A stretch of 64,000 nucleotides of DNA from assembly GCA_965655095.1 (NCBI GenBank), contig OZ296659.1, positions 17,174,001 through 17,238,000 of the forward strand, written 5' to 3'. This stretch comes from Haplodiscus bocki (lineage: Eukaryota). The notes beneath the pieces were generated by a model. It was given only the letters and a program-made list of their open reading frames with translations, did no database searches and was not told the DNA's origin. Shown here piece by piece: positions 37,690 to 51,090 of this stretch. Every line of letters starts with the position of its first letter. Positions within the stretch are counted from its first letter, which is position 1. Both the position numbers and the translations under genes were made by a program.

Positions 37690-39575
37690 TGTCGCAGCAC
37701 GTCTGCGAAGCCTGCAGGCAGACGATCCCTGAGCCAAAGGACATTCTCGGCTCGTCAATTAGGTAGACTGAAAACTTAAAAAACACTAAAACTCTATACA
37801 TATAAATACTGTTAATTTCATGCAAACATTACGTAGTATCTACGTTTTTTCACTAAATTTAACATGTAAATGGCACGTGTCCTATTTCTGTATGCCTAGT
37901 GTCCTCACCCAGATTTAGACGGAGCCGCTACGGAATGAAAAAATCTTCACCTACATCCCCAACTGTATATTTAGAATATTAAAAGATGCTATCTTTATCA
38001 CCCATTTATGTTTACATAAATATAAACGCACCAGTTTTTTTATGAGTGCAGTGATTTAAATCACAATTGAAAATGTCAACAATTTTGCAGTAGATAATGT
38101 GACTACAATTACAGAGCTTGACTTTAGAAGTGAATATCTGTTCTGTACGTATTCAGTAGCTCACAGTCTGGTGACGTCAGTGGAATTAAACTCAATCCGT
38201 TGTGCTACTATGCTGTGTCAATTTGGACAAACACGCAACGGCTCCATGGCCATCCATTTCATTCTTTGCGGTAGCACTGCAATGAGCAGTGCCACAGGCG
38301 ACTACGTAGTTGTTCCGGAACGCTTTGGCTTAAATGAGGAACCGGCTGATAGCAATGAGGCACGGACAAGGGAAAAACCTTTTTTTTCCAAAAGTGGATT
38401 TAACCGATGCAGTATTACTTCAGACATGTAATCATCATTTCTCCATTATTCTATCCATTTTAGTTCGTTTACTTATAATGAAATTATTAAATCTTCTTTT
38501 GTTAGAGAAATTCTTTTATACTTTCTCTTTAATCCATTACTTGTTGGCGCACGAGTTAGTAATTTGATGTCCCATTTGTACGGATTAGGCCCGAACTTTT
38601 TCCGGTAAAAGATGGAAAAGACGCGGCGCGGCCTATTACGGGAGAAATGGATGAAAAGGCGTTATTTTCCCGCCAGAGTTGTCATTTTTCCTCCGTTAAT
38701 AATGGGATTAAATTACTTTTCCCTATTTGTATTTTGACATTCTCCGGCACCGTTCCCAGAACAATGACTTCTGAAACCGGGAAACCACTGGCAATCGTTC
38801 CCAGAACGATCCATATCCCAAAATGGAGCTCTTTGTTCGTCAGGGCAGAAATTCAGCCAACTCAGACCCGGAGGAGACTTCTCACATGGTGACAGGATTT
38901 CAAGTAGGAATTCCCCACTGATCTTCGGGAAAACTTCTTCAGGAAAACAAAAGAAGGCTGCACAATTCAGCCAAAATTTTGCAGCAACAACACCCCTGCA
39001 ACAATTGATGCAGACCATATTTTGTTGGCCTTTCAGCAGTTGGCGAGCAGGAGCAATTCCACCAACTTCAACAATATTATTAACAGAATTTTGGAACTGC
39101 CAAAATCTCTCACAACAACATTGCCCACCTTTGATGGGAAATCAGAGAAATTGGAAATGAGTGAAGATCTATTCCAAAGGAGTTTTTAACTTCAAAAGCA
39201 GCTCACACAAGAAGACAAGATAAACCATTTCCACTCTCTTATGCACAGTGATGCGTTGTTAACGTTCGAAAATTTCACCAGCCCCAACATTGAATTTGGG
39301 AGAGATTCCGACTGTGTTCCGCAGAAATCACGTCAAAACCGATTCAATGACGGTGACGGAACACCAATTCCAACTGATAATTTTCAATCCAGCGAACCAA
39401 AAATAATATGATTTTTTGGAAGAACTCTAGAAACTAAGAAAGGACGCATTCGGACTGGCCTCTCAGGCGATGATGGAGCAGTTCATATATGCTAAAATGC
39501 CTCCCCAACTCAAAAACATGAATAACCAGGCGCATTTGGAGCATGGCACATATGAACAGATTGTCTCGCATCTCT
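37690..39575 (+). mobile_element. Truncated Gypsy-like LTR retrotransposon: 5' LTR (37690-38886), PBS and gag
   Basis: TGTCGCAG start; ..CACA|TGGTGACAGG PBS at 38887; gag LPTFDGKSEK..DKINHFHSLM..EQFIYAKMPP..AHLEHGTYEQIVSHL. Confidence 0.8.
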
Positions 39576-42500
39576 CAGTTAGAAGCCATGGAAACTGGGA
39601 AAATCTTTCGCACTGATAGAAAAACGTAGAAAAACTTTGTTAGCAAGGATGCTAGTCATTAGCCTTGAAACTTTTAGCTTAGTGAAAATTGCAATCAAGC
39701 CAAGACCAAATTCGGCCTAAAGTTTCTCATCGTAAGGTGGAAATAGGTCGTTAGAGTACAATTGAGGTGTTTAGAGCGATTCGACGATGGTTTTAGGGCT
39801 TTCATGACATAGGGTATGAGACATATATGTTCTCAAACTTTTGTTGCCGTCAAGCAGACCTGGCTCAGATGATAATCTCCAGTGTTCATGTTTGGCGGCA
39901 ATCTTTAAAACAAAAGAATTATCCTAGAGAACTCAAAGATGGCATGTAATTGCGGGCGGAGTTCCAGATAACGGTGACGAAGTACCGTACAAAGTTTCCG
40001 GCAAAAAACATAACTATCCACTTTTGCGCTTATGGGGCTTAAGAGGACAATTTTGAGACAAAAATTGTTGTTAGGTAGCTTCTGGTGGATCATAGAGTTT
40101 TGTCGTCACTGGAATCAGTTACATAGAGTTATCAATTGTGCAGGAAAGTTTCGCTGAGGCTCTAGAACTGATATTGAGTTCAATTCTGGGCCAAGGAGTG
40201 TCCCGAAATCTGGGTGATTCTCAGGTCACCGAGGGCTTCAAAAAAACGCTGCTGATTTTTTTAGACCTCCAAAAGGGCTCCAAAGTAATAAAAAACAGCG
40301 CAAATGAAATGTAAAGGAACCAAAATATTTTTTATGAGCATCTTGTACAAAAAAAATTCAGGCTCCAAAAGCAACTAAAAAGTGGTTATTTCAGGGTATC
40401 TATTGTGTACTTCGATGAATCCGCTCGCAGTTCTGCTCTCAGATAACAAATATTTTGACACTTAGGACGTGGCAGCCCAATTGACTGTAGTAAGTGCCAA
40501 GAAACTACTTTGACAACTTTGCTTGGAGATATTTGATTTTTAGGCAAAAACATTGGAAAAAATGGCCTTCTCAGGGTATTTATTGTTTAATTTAGTAAAC
40601 CCGTCCGCATGTTATTCGTAGTGCTTTAACTACCTTGAAAGTCAAAAAACAGCACATTTGAATCCCGAGAGCCGCAATAAAACCTTATTGACCTTTTCAT
40701 GACAGAAAAATCTCTGGCCCAAAGTACATGAAAAAAAGCAATTTTCAGGTATTCGGACATTACTGTGCTGACAATTTAAGGTTTTTTTTAGAGATGATGC
40801 GTTACTCAATTTAGCACAAGGTTCCTTGATTCTTCTTGCCTTGCGTACGTTGTTATTTCACAACAGTGAGATCTCAAAAGTAAATATTTTTCCAACTTGA
40901 AAGAAGGCAACCAATTGCCACTTGCTGAAAGCTTCAACGCTTTTTCTACATTTTTATCATAAACATCTATAAATTTTTAAAAAGGAGTGAAGATTCAAAA
41001 TCTACTTTTGTCCAAAGGTCTTCCAAGAACAATTTTTTAGACTAACTATGTATTACTTCAGACGCGGATGTAAAAAAACCGTTGGTTTCAATGCACTTTC
41101 ATAAAAGTTTCAAAATTGCATTGGGAATGGTTGTAACACATAAATTCGTTCTGAAAAATCTTCAGTTTTTCACTTCCTCAAATTCTTTTCATCTAAGGGA
41201 GGTGTTAAAATCGCGGAATTTCTGTTCTAATTAATTAAAGTCTTTAAGGTTGACTTGAGTTGTCAGACGTTTTATATCTTTTATTCCATTTTCAGGGTGA
41301 ATCTTAAGGGCTCGACCATGGATTTGGTGCGGTATAAATATGAAAGAGGTTAATTCAGTTCCTCGTTCGTTTGAGTTGTTTTCCATTTCAGCTGAATTGA
41401 TATATGATTGGTTCGTTTATTTGTCATTGCGAAATATTCTAATGGATCCATATCAATCGCGTTTCGTTGTTTCAACTACTTCGGTCATTTGAATGACTAT
41501 GGTTTCATTCAGGAAACATCTCACTGATGTCTTTTCAACCTTCCTCAGTTTCTTAGTTTTTTTTTATTTAAATGCCCATGCTCTCGTGCAAAAAAGAAAT
41601 TCGGAAAAGTCTGGTTTGCGTGAAGATAATAGGAACAGGTTGTCAAATTAGACCTGACAGTTGTCTCGACAGATGACTTGCGCAGTTATAAAACCAGCGG
41701 CATTGTTTCTGAGTTTGTGTCTGAAAAAAAATCATCTATAGGTAGCAGCATTAGATCTCTCGTTGAAAAAATTGGGTTTTTTTTCGATTTTCAGAGAGTT
41801 GTTTTAGAGATGTTTTCAGTGCAGGAAAACTTGTGCACAAAAATATATATCGTACATGGTACTGAAAGATCACAAAAAATTTTGGGGCAAATAAATACGG
41901 TGGGATTTTCTTATATGTTAAGCACCTGACTACTCTGAGGGTTGCATTTTGTTAAATGTGAATGTGATTACAGAATTGAGTTTAATACATGATCATACAA
42001 AAAATTTGTTTTTATCAAGATAACACAAAGAAGTCATAATTAAGACTACAAGAGTTTGGCTAAGAGAGTTCAATACAAACTGCTCCATCTTTGGGTATCT
42101 GATATTTTGTCTATTTTTTGTTCACCTAAGCCTACTGTTGACTAGCGGTAATTTGTGTGACACAAGTGTGCTGCGAAGTTAGACCAAGATGTAATCAGTT
42201 TGTCCTTAACTGACTTGTGGCACAATGAAGAAGTTGGTGTGGTTCAGTAGCAGATTTTCAATGGTTGTAACTTCATTTCTAGAGGACCAAGTCAAAGACA
42301 TGTTACAGTGTGAATATTTGAGTTGTGAACATCTGAGCGATGAGCCAGCAGATGTGAACAGATGCTGAAACAGTGAGAGATTTGAGCATCAAGTGAAGCA
42401 TTGAAGCAGAACCAGTGAAGCCAGGAAGAGAGCCATAGGCACAAAACTAGAGTGAAAATCAGAGTCATTTATATGTTATGGCAATTATAGAGGTAAAAGA

Positions 42501-44479
42501 AACTTTTTCAGGAACACATAGTTGTATGAAAAGAAAAAAGCTTGAAGTGTATGATTTTCTTTCAGAAATTTTGATTATAAGGTTTTCCGTACAGAAGATT
42601 TCTTTGACATTTGAAGTAGGAAATGTGCCCAAAAACGGTAATTTTAAGAATCAATCTGTTCTTCCGATGCAAGTTAACAATACAATGAAGGAATGCTTTT
42701 GTTGCAGTTTTCTTTTTTTTCGAGAAGGTTGCCAATGAGAGTGTGAAGTCACAAACTGGTTTTGAATGCTGTCATCAGAGATGTAAACGCGGTTTGTCCA
42801 AATGCCAGAAACGTGTTTTGTGGATGAGTTGCAGTTGTAGTTAGTCAGTGTCTGCGTAAGTAACAAGGACAATATTGAGAAAAACATCACTTTCTAGAGA
42901 AAAAAATTCAACGTCATCGTCAACCTTCAACAAGGATGATCGGCAGGTTGGGTCATGAACTGGCAAGTTTTTTTTTCAATTGAGCTCAAACTCACAGATT
43001 AGACGCCCAAAATAATGCAAAAGGTGGGGCAACAAAAAAATTGCAGCTTCGAGAGGAAAAAATTGCGTTTTGGCCCAAAAAACTTTGAGAAAACGGGTTT
43101 TAGGAGAACTAGACATTACTCCACTGAAACTTTTCCTGCCTTTCCTTTAGTTTGCGATTAACTTCAAACTAACAAGATGGTTGCCCAATGAGCGAAAAGT
43201 TGCATCAACCAAACTTACGGAGCTGATAAATCACGAATCCAAAAGTACAAAAGTTTAACTTTTTGAAACTTATTTTACCAACTCCTGTGTAATTTTCGTT
43301 GGTGTGAAAATTATCCAAAAACTTCCGGAAGTTTTTATATTTAGGTTGTTCGTTGCTTAGAGCTTACTGAAGCAGTTTGAGAATCACAAAACGGAGCATT
43401 AAGTGAGACCATGTTTGGTGAAAGTCAAACATTTTTTGGCTGAAGACAATTTTTGGCCTCTGTTTTGTTTTCCGGTGTGAAGCTTCAATCCCCAACTAAT
43501 TGGCGTATCAACTCTTGCTAAACAACAGACACAATAAAAGGGCATCAGGGGTGCTTTTTCGGCCTCATAAGTAGTTAGGACAACTTGAGACCGTAGCAAC
43601 CTAAAATGGTATGTTGCCATGTTCACGTCCAAGAGGGCCCAAATCAAACCAAAATTCATCAGTGGACAAAATAACCCTGTTTTCATGTTTTAAAAAAAAC
43701 AGTGTTGCGAGTGCGATTTGGGCAATTTAACGGTCATTAGAGCTCATTGGGGCGTGAAATTTTTTGAACAAGAAGAGTCACTTTTATCGCCATTGGTGTT
43801 TTATCGATTGCTAGAGAGCTTTTTCGGAGCCAAAACTGTTCAAAAAGAAAACAAACAGGCGCTAATCTTTTTTCTACCCTAATTACTTGCCGTTGGACGC
43901 CCCAATTTAGTGATAAAGTTTTTATCATTTGCAGCCAATGGCAGCAGAATTCCAAATTTTAAACTTTGTTTCATCGGTCTGAATTACTCTGAGATCATTA
44001 GTGAAACTCTAGGAAACGTTGCTGGAGGTATTTTCATCCGGTAGGCCTAAACACAGCAGTAACTGATGCATTCAAGCTAACGAGGTTGCAAAAAACACCA
44101 ATACCACATTTTTCAAATTTTATTAGAGTCTTAGTGTATTAAAAGTTTGCTTTTTTGCCTTGTCTTTGAATTTCCCCACCGCTGCCCTTTTGTCTCGTTT
44201 CCTTTCACTATTTCAGGACTTTTTCTTCATTGCTGGCTCGATCATGACCGTCTTGGGGACATTTGAAAACTAATCCTTACGCCTAGGGACCGGTTCCACG
44301 TGTTCTCCGCTTTTAAAAGATCGATAACCCATTTTCCTTGACTTCCTTTTTTTCTCAACGTTCCCTGGTGTTCTTGTAAAACGTGTGGTTCTCGGACAAT
44401 CTGAAGAAGGTTTTGAGACAGGTATTATGCCTGCGCTCAGGGCAGTTTTCAGACACAGATCTGTCTCAAAACCGTCATA

Positions 44480-47400
44480 AGCAGGGCCGGTTTCCAGTAC
44501 ACACTCTTCTTTTGAGTTGGATTGTGTAGTAAGCGATTCGACGTCCAGGAGAGACGTTATCGTTCAGGAAAGAGCATAAAACTTCCTAGGCATGGTGTGC
44601 AAAGAAGTTGCATGAACAAAGTTCAGGAAAGAGCATAAAACTTCCTAGGCATGGTGTGCAAAGAAGTTGCATGAACAAAACGAACATACCGGGGTTAATA
44701 AAATACTGAAAGACATTTTTGAGAAACGGTAAAAGGAAGTGATGAAGTTTTCACGCTCAAGAACAAATGAATCAGTTCGTACACGCACGTTAAAAGAAAC
44801 ATATAATAGTGACTGAAAATGCGATAGAAAATGTCACAAAACTTTCTTTCTCCCGGCACACTTTTCTTGATTTCTACGTAATCCTTAATGAATGAAAGCA
44901 CTTTTTGGGGACTGTAGGAAGTAGATAAAAATCATGAAAGTAGGAACGTTAGAAGACTCCACTTCACTTTGTATTTGTCAATTTTATCATGTAACCGACG
45001 AATTATGAGATCAAAACAAAAAAAATGTACAAATGTGTACGCTGGAATCGAACGAAAATTGTAGCTGAGTGCGAAAAATTTTTTCTATCTTTTGTTTCCA
45101 AAAATATACTTCAGACATCCAATCAAAAGGCTTGATTCTCAAAACCACCTCCAAAAAGGACAAAAACTGCAGGCTCAATTTGGCGCTCACCTTTAGGAAT
45201 AAAGAAACATAGATAAAGACTGGAACTTAGCAATGCATTCTGAGTTTTCAATTAAGTTCGAGCTTCCTGAAAACTAATGGGAATTATGATCGGAGTTGCG
45301 AAAAAATGGCACTTTCGGAATTGTAGCATCAGTTGTCAATGAAATAACAGTTTGTGCAGAAACCTTCCAAAATTTTCCTGCCATCCATATCAATGGCAAA
45401 CAACGATATCTCAATCATGTTCTGTCAAGTCACGCCATCTTGGCGCCCAAAGTTTAAAAAATTTGCACAGTAGAAAACTTGAAAACAAACAATTATCTGC
45501 AAAACCGTCTTCTACTCAGACACACGAGACGTGATAAGGTTATCTTCAAATTAAACAGTTCTGATACCACTGAAAAAAGGACTCTTGACGTAGAAAACGC
45601 AAGAAAAAGAAAAAGTGCCTGCCAAAGAGAGGCCCTTTTGGACCGCATACAATTGACGGTTACCTTCTTTGATAACGAAATAATCTGATTGCAGGCAAGA
45701 GAAGAAAACGACGCTAAGGCCCGTTTCCACTACACATTCTTCTGCTAAGTCAGAGTGTTTCGAAAGCGATTCGACGTACTCGCTCGGCCAAAAGGAGGAA
45801 AAACTAGAAACATTTTGGTACAAGGCATCATAATCTCAGGATTTTGCATACAAAAAAGGAGTATATCGAAAGTATTAAAAACTGATGGAATGTTTTGAAA
45901 GACGGAGAGAAGAAGTACCTTAAGTTGCCTTGTGTCACAATTTTTGATACAATTAATACATGTATTTGAAAAAAAGAGTGAAAATTGATTGAAAAAAAAC
46001 GATAAACTGAACCGCAACACTATCTCTACCTCTTTCCGTACATTGACTTCTACGTATTGCAAAAGAAAAAATGAACATCACGAGGCTAATAAAGTAAAAG
46101 CAAAAGATTGACACTAATGGTTGAGAAATTTCGCTTTACAGTGTCATTAGAATCATCAACTCACAATCAAAGATCCCACCAACAAAAACAATACAAATAC
46201 TTGCCTACGCCCAAGTCTAAAAAATTGGTAAAGCTGTATCTCAAATAGATGAAATGTGTAACTTTTTCTTGCTCTCAAAAAAACCTTTAGGACATCGACT
46301 GGAAATATTTGATTCTGAGCAACCTTTGAAATACAGCAATCACAGAATGCTCATTTTGACGTTTCTTGTTGAAGATAACAGATACACAGATACGGAGTGG
46401 TTTTTACCAAAGCATTTTGATTTGTCAGTTGAGTTCAAGGTACCTGTAAAACAATAGAAACCATGACCGGAATTGTGATTGAATAATTTTTCTAGAAACA
46501 AAGAACCAGTTTTCACTCAGAAGACGCTTCGGGCGAAGACTTAGAAAAAAAACTGAAAATCAACAAGCAACTGCAAAACTGTCTGCTACTGAGGAAAAGG
46601 GATTGTAGTATGTTTTTTTCATGTCGCGCCTTTCTCTCGCTCACTGTTACAGAGCTTTTATGCTAAACAACGGAGGAGGAAAAATATTTGTTGAAAAGGG
46701 GCCATTTCGGACACCTTACACTAGATGAGAAGACTCACTGGTGACGAAGAAAGTTTTTCGACAGGTGGAAAAAACAGTGCATCAACCAGGTTTTGAGCAC
46801 TTGTTTCCTTCCTTACTCGAATGTGTTGAAAAAGTTACAACAAATCCAGTTGGAAAAAGGTATCCAGAAAAAGGAATCAAAGATGCTAGGGAATAGATGC
46901 TCTAATGTTTTGCATAGTAGAAAAAGAAGTCTAAGATATTTAAAACAAATTTTTGACATTTCTGGAAAACGGACATTGGGAAGTGAATCAAGTTGTCAAA
47001 TGTGAAAAGAAAGGCAGAAATTAGTTCACAAACGTGAAATTAAAAACTAAATAGTGACTTGGAAACTATGAAAGTGAATCGCAATTTTTTCCTTTTTAAG
47101 TTTCACTGATCCTTATGTTTTTCCTTGAAAAAAGTCTTATCGACGCACCAGAAAGTAAATCAAAAAATTAAAGTAAAATTTGCTAAAAGAGCATTGATCC
47201 CGATTTGATTTTACCGCTACTTCAGTTGATTTTCCGTGGGGAAATTAATCAAAAGAAAGAAATCTAATTTCGTTTTTAATCAATTCCGAACCAAAGTCTA
47301 AAGTTGTGAACACTTTTATTACCAGTTTTCGAAAAATTGAGTCTGATAAAACTACCTGAGACATCCAGTCAAAACATTTGGTTTTTGAGAATGTTTCAGA

Positions 47401-49789
47401 TGTTTAACAATCCCAAAATGTTCAATTCGTTGCGTCCTGGTAAATACTAAACTACACGGACGCGGACCAGAACTTCACACTGCATTTTTATTCGTCAGCT
47501 GAGATCAAAGTTTTTGGCAATTTTTCGGAACAATGATCGGAAAACTGATCGAGTAACACTGTATGGATATTTCATCAGCTGTCACTCAGAAGACGATTAG
47601 TGAAATGAAGATTCGAAACCCAACTACCACAAAAACAAAAAAAAACAAAAAGCATGATGGGTCAATCGTGTTTTTTTATGCCAGGCCAGTTTCTTTCCTA
47701 ATGTTAGGGAAGTTTGCACAGTGAAAAAAGGAATAGGCACCTGCAAAGACAAGGCCGTGTTTGGACTTTTATTCTTTAAATTGAGACTCTCTGATGACAA
47801 CGACTTATTGTTAGAATGGTGAAGAAAACATTGCACCAGCCGGTTTCTAGTACACGTTCCTCCTTCTACCTAAATAAATAGAAAAAGCTGCGTCTCAGAT
47901 GAAAAAATGTATCTACGAAAATAGGCATCAATGATGATAGGGAGTAGGCGCTCTATTTTAGGAATGGAAAAATGGAAATCGGGAAGTGAATGAATTTGTC
48001 AAGTTTTAGAAAAACTGCATCAATTGGTTCACGTACTTGAAGGGAAACAAGAATAGTCACTTGAAGAAGATGAGCTGAATTGTAAAGTTTTTTCCTTTCC
48101 TACTTTCACAGAACCCTATCTTTTCTTCCTGAAGAAAAGTATTTTTAGCAGCAGAAAAGGCAGTGAATCAATTCAAAAGAAATATGTAGGTTGATTGCTC
48201 GGAAAGTGAAACCAGTAAATCATTGCTCCAAATTCCTTTTTGTCGCTGTTTTAACCAGTTATCGCAGGAAAATTCGAACAAGCAAAAAATTGGTATCTCT
48301 AGCGTGTTCATTCAGGTTACGCTTTTTTGCTCCACTTTTTCTAGGAAAATTGCACCGTACAGAATCCCCAAAGGAAGAGGAAACTGTGAAAACGTTTCAT
48401 ACTAAAAGCAAACGAGATGTCGCTTTAAATTCAGTCTCTGCTCGTTATGGCAAGCTGTCACCAAAAATTTTAGAACGTTTACCATAAAAATTGGACAAAT
48501 GAACAAACACGTGGCAAAAAGATGCCATTTCCGACTATTTACACTACATAATTGGTCTCCATGATGACAAAAAGTATTTCCGGACAGGTCAAAAAAACCA
48601 AACGTCATCCGGCTTTTAGTTTACATTTCTCCTTGGACTCACAATGTGTCAAGAAAAAGGGAGAGTCTCACTCAGGAAATGATATCAGAAAAAAAGAGGC
48701 ATCATGGATATCAGGAATTGAGCGTTAAGGTATTAGCACGGTAAAAGAAGCGAGTTCACCGAATTTAACAACAACTGATTGTTATTTCTGAAAAACGTCT
48801 AATGGGATGTGAAATAGGTTGTAATGTTTGAGAATATCTGAACAGATTAGTACACGCACGTGAGAAGAAACACTGAAGTGTTAATCGAAAATAAAAGGAT
48901 TCCCATTTTACCTGAATTGCTTTGACTGATCCTTATGTTCTTGTTTGATATACAAGTACTATTTGGATGCAAAACAATGTAAATCAAAAAAGGGAAAGCA
49001 GGTATTTTTGAAGTTTCACTATTTTACATATCGTTTTGTCGATAGTTCAATCGGATAGCCATTGAACTCTCGATCGAAACAAAAAAAACGTATTATCGCT
49101 TACTTTCATTTCTAACCACTCTTTCTAAAAGTGTAGCCCATTTCTGATGAGTGTATTGTAATTTTTTGGTATGAAAAACTCTGCTGGCACAAGCACTCAA
49201 AAGATTCACATGAGAAAACGCTTTAGGGTTACGTAAATAAGGGAACACTTATATCGGCGTTTCTGGTTGGGCTGAACTTATGCAGAGATTTAGAAGTGTG
49301 AGACTAAACTCAGCAACGCTTTCTAACTTGCCAGTTGAGATCAAATTTCCTGGAATACAATCAAAACCATGATCTGATATGTGACTATTTGACATTTTCA
49401 GATTTACTACAGCAGCTGTCACTCAGAAGAACGGTCACGGCGTTGATATTTGGAAGAAAAAACAGAACACACAAACTCCAAACCCAAATGTTTTTAAGTC
49501 AATCTTGTTTTGTTTTTTATTGATAATTTCATTTTGCCACCCAGTTTTTCCGGTTTTGTTCACAGTATTACACGGGAAAATGAGCAAGAACTTGCAAAAA
49601 CCGTTCATGCTTTTAAAACTTGAGATGTCAGTTATGACTTTTCAGGTTGCGCATTTGTGTTGAACCATGTTCAGAACGTTTAAACGTAACGAAAACTGGA
49701 AAAATGACAAGTACTTGCAAAGTTGAGGCCATTTTTGACTTTTCACACGAGATTGTTATATTCTCTGATGACAAAAAGTTATGCAAGTT
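44480..49789 (+). repeat. Degenerate ~1-kb tandem macro-repeat (~5 units)
   Basis: Same motifs at ~44486, 45718, 46787, 47839, 48608 and ~46424, 47494, 49331. Confidence 0.75.
44562..44679 (+). repeat. Perfect 59-bp tandem duplication
   Basis: GTTCAGGAAAGAGCATAAAA...GCATGAACAAA at 44562-44620 and 44621-44679. Confidence 0.95.
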
Positions 49790-49833
49790 AGTAGTAAGAG
49801 TGTGAGCTGATCAGACGGGGGGTGGGAGACCCT

Positions 49834-51090
49834 CCATGTATTAAGATAGGCTTTAGTTGCCGACTCGTGCCCAGAGCCGAGAAGGGTCTCCCACCCATGT
49901 ATTAAGATAGGGTATGTTTCGGCAATGTATTAAGATAGGGTTTGTTTCGGCACTGTGATACTCGATTTTGATTGGCTGACGAGGTTTTAGGGTTTTTTCG
50001 TGCTCGATTCTGATTGGCTGCCGACAAGAATTCGGTTTTGGGTTAAATTTGGGTTTTTTTTTAATGTATTAAGATAGGGTATAGTTCGGCTCAATGTATT
50101 AAGATAGGGTGTAGTTCGGCTCAATGTATTAAGATAGGGTATAGTTCGGTTCAATGTATAAAGATAGGGAATAGTTTGGCTCAATGTATAAAGATATGGA
50201 TTAGGGTATTTTCGGCACTGTGTGATAGTTTGCGGATTTTTTTTTCGAAGTTTTGGCCCACCTGCGCCCGCCCGGATAATTATTCCGCCCCGGATAATTA
50301 ATAAAGCCACCGGATACGTTTTTACGCCGCCGCCGCATATTTTTTCCCTCAGTAGTATAGTGTGAGCATAAGTGGGGGGGGGAAGACGAGGCCTGGGCGG
50401 ACGGAGTGGAAAATTAAATGCGGCGGGCGGTCGTATCCGCGGGCCACGGGAGCTATTAATCGGCGCGGACGGAGTGCCGGACGCCATAACTATTTTTGAG
50501 CTACGTAAAAAGATTGTGGTAAAGTTTTGAAAAGTTATTTAGAGTGTATAAAGTTGAACAAATACATTGTATACAGTGAACGGATACGGTATTAATGTAA
50601 TAAGATAGGGAATAATTTCGGCAATGTATTAAGATAGGGTACAGTTTCGGCAAAATATTAAGATAGGGTATAGTTTCGGCAATGTATTAAGATACTGTTT
50701 TTGATAACGTATAAGGATATGGAATGGTCTCGCAATGTATCAAGATATGAAATAGGGTATTTTCGGCAGTGTGAGACTTTTTTTGAGATTTTTTTTTGAG
50801 TTTTTTTCCAAGGCCCCCGCGCGGATATTTACTACGGCGCGGATTAGTTATGACGCCGGCGGTTAATTTTTTTGCCCGCGGATACTGTTTTGACCTAATG
50901 CTATGTGAAAAGATACTTCGGCAATGTATTACGATAGGGTATATTTCGGTAATTTAATAAAATAGGGAAAAATTTGATAATGTAATAAGATAGGGTATGG
51001 TTCCGCTCAATGTATTAATATAAGGTATGTTTCGGTAATGTATTAAGATAAGGTATAATTCGGTAATGTATTAAGATAGGATATAGCTCG
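49834..51090 (-). repeat. ~30-bp tandem arrays (AATGTATTAAGATAGGGTATAGTTCGGCTC) interleaved with GC-rich blocks
   Basis: Units at 49897-49950, 50063-50215, 50595-50770 and 50915-51090. Confidence 0.9.

Noticed and set aside
41600-41720. Minus-strand NCASHL as a hAT transposase CxxH motif
   Set aside because: No other transposase motifs were recognisable nearby.
49987-50487. 166-aa Pro/Arg-rich ORF with 10-aa repeats
   Set aside because: Translation of the GC-rich terminus and 30-bp array; it crosses the inferred insertion junction at 50351.
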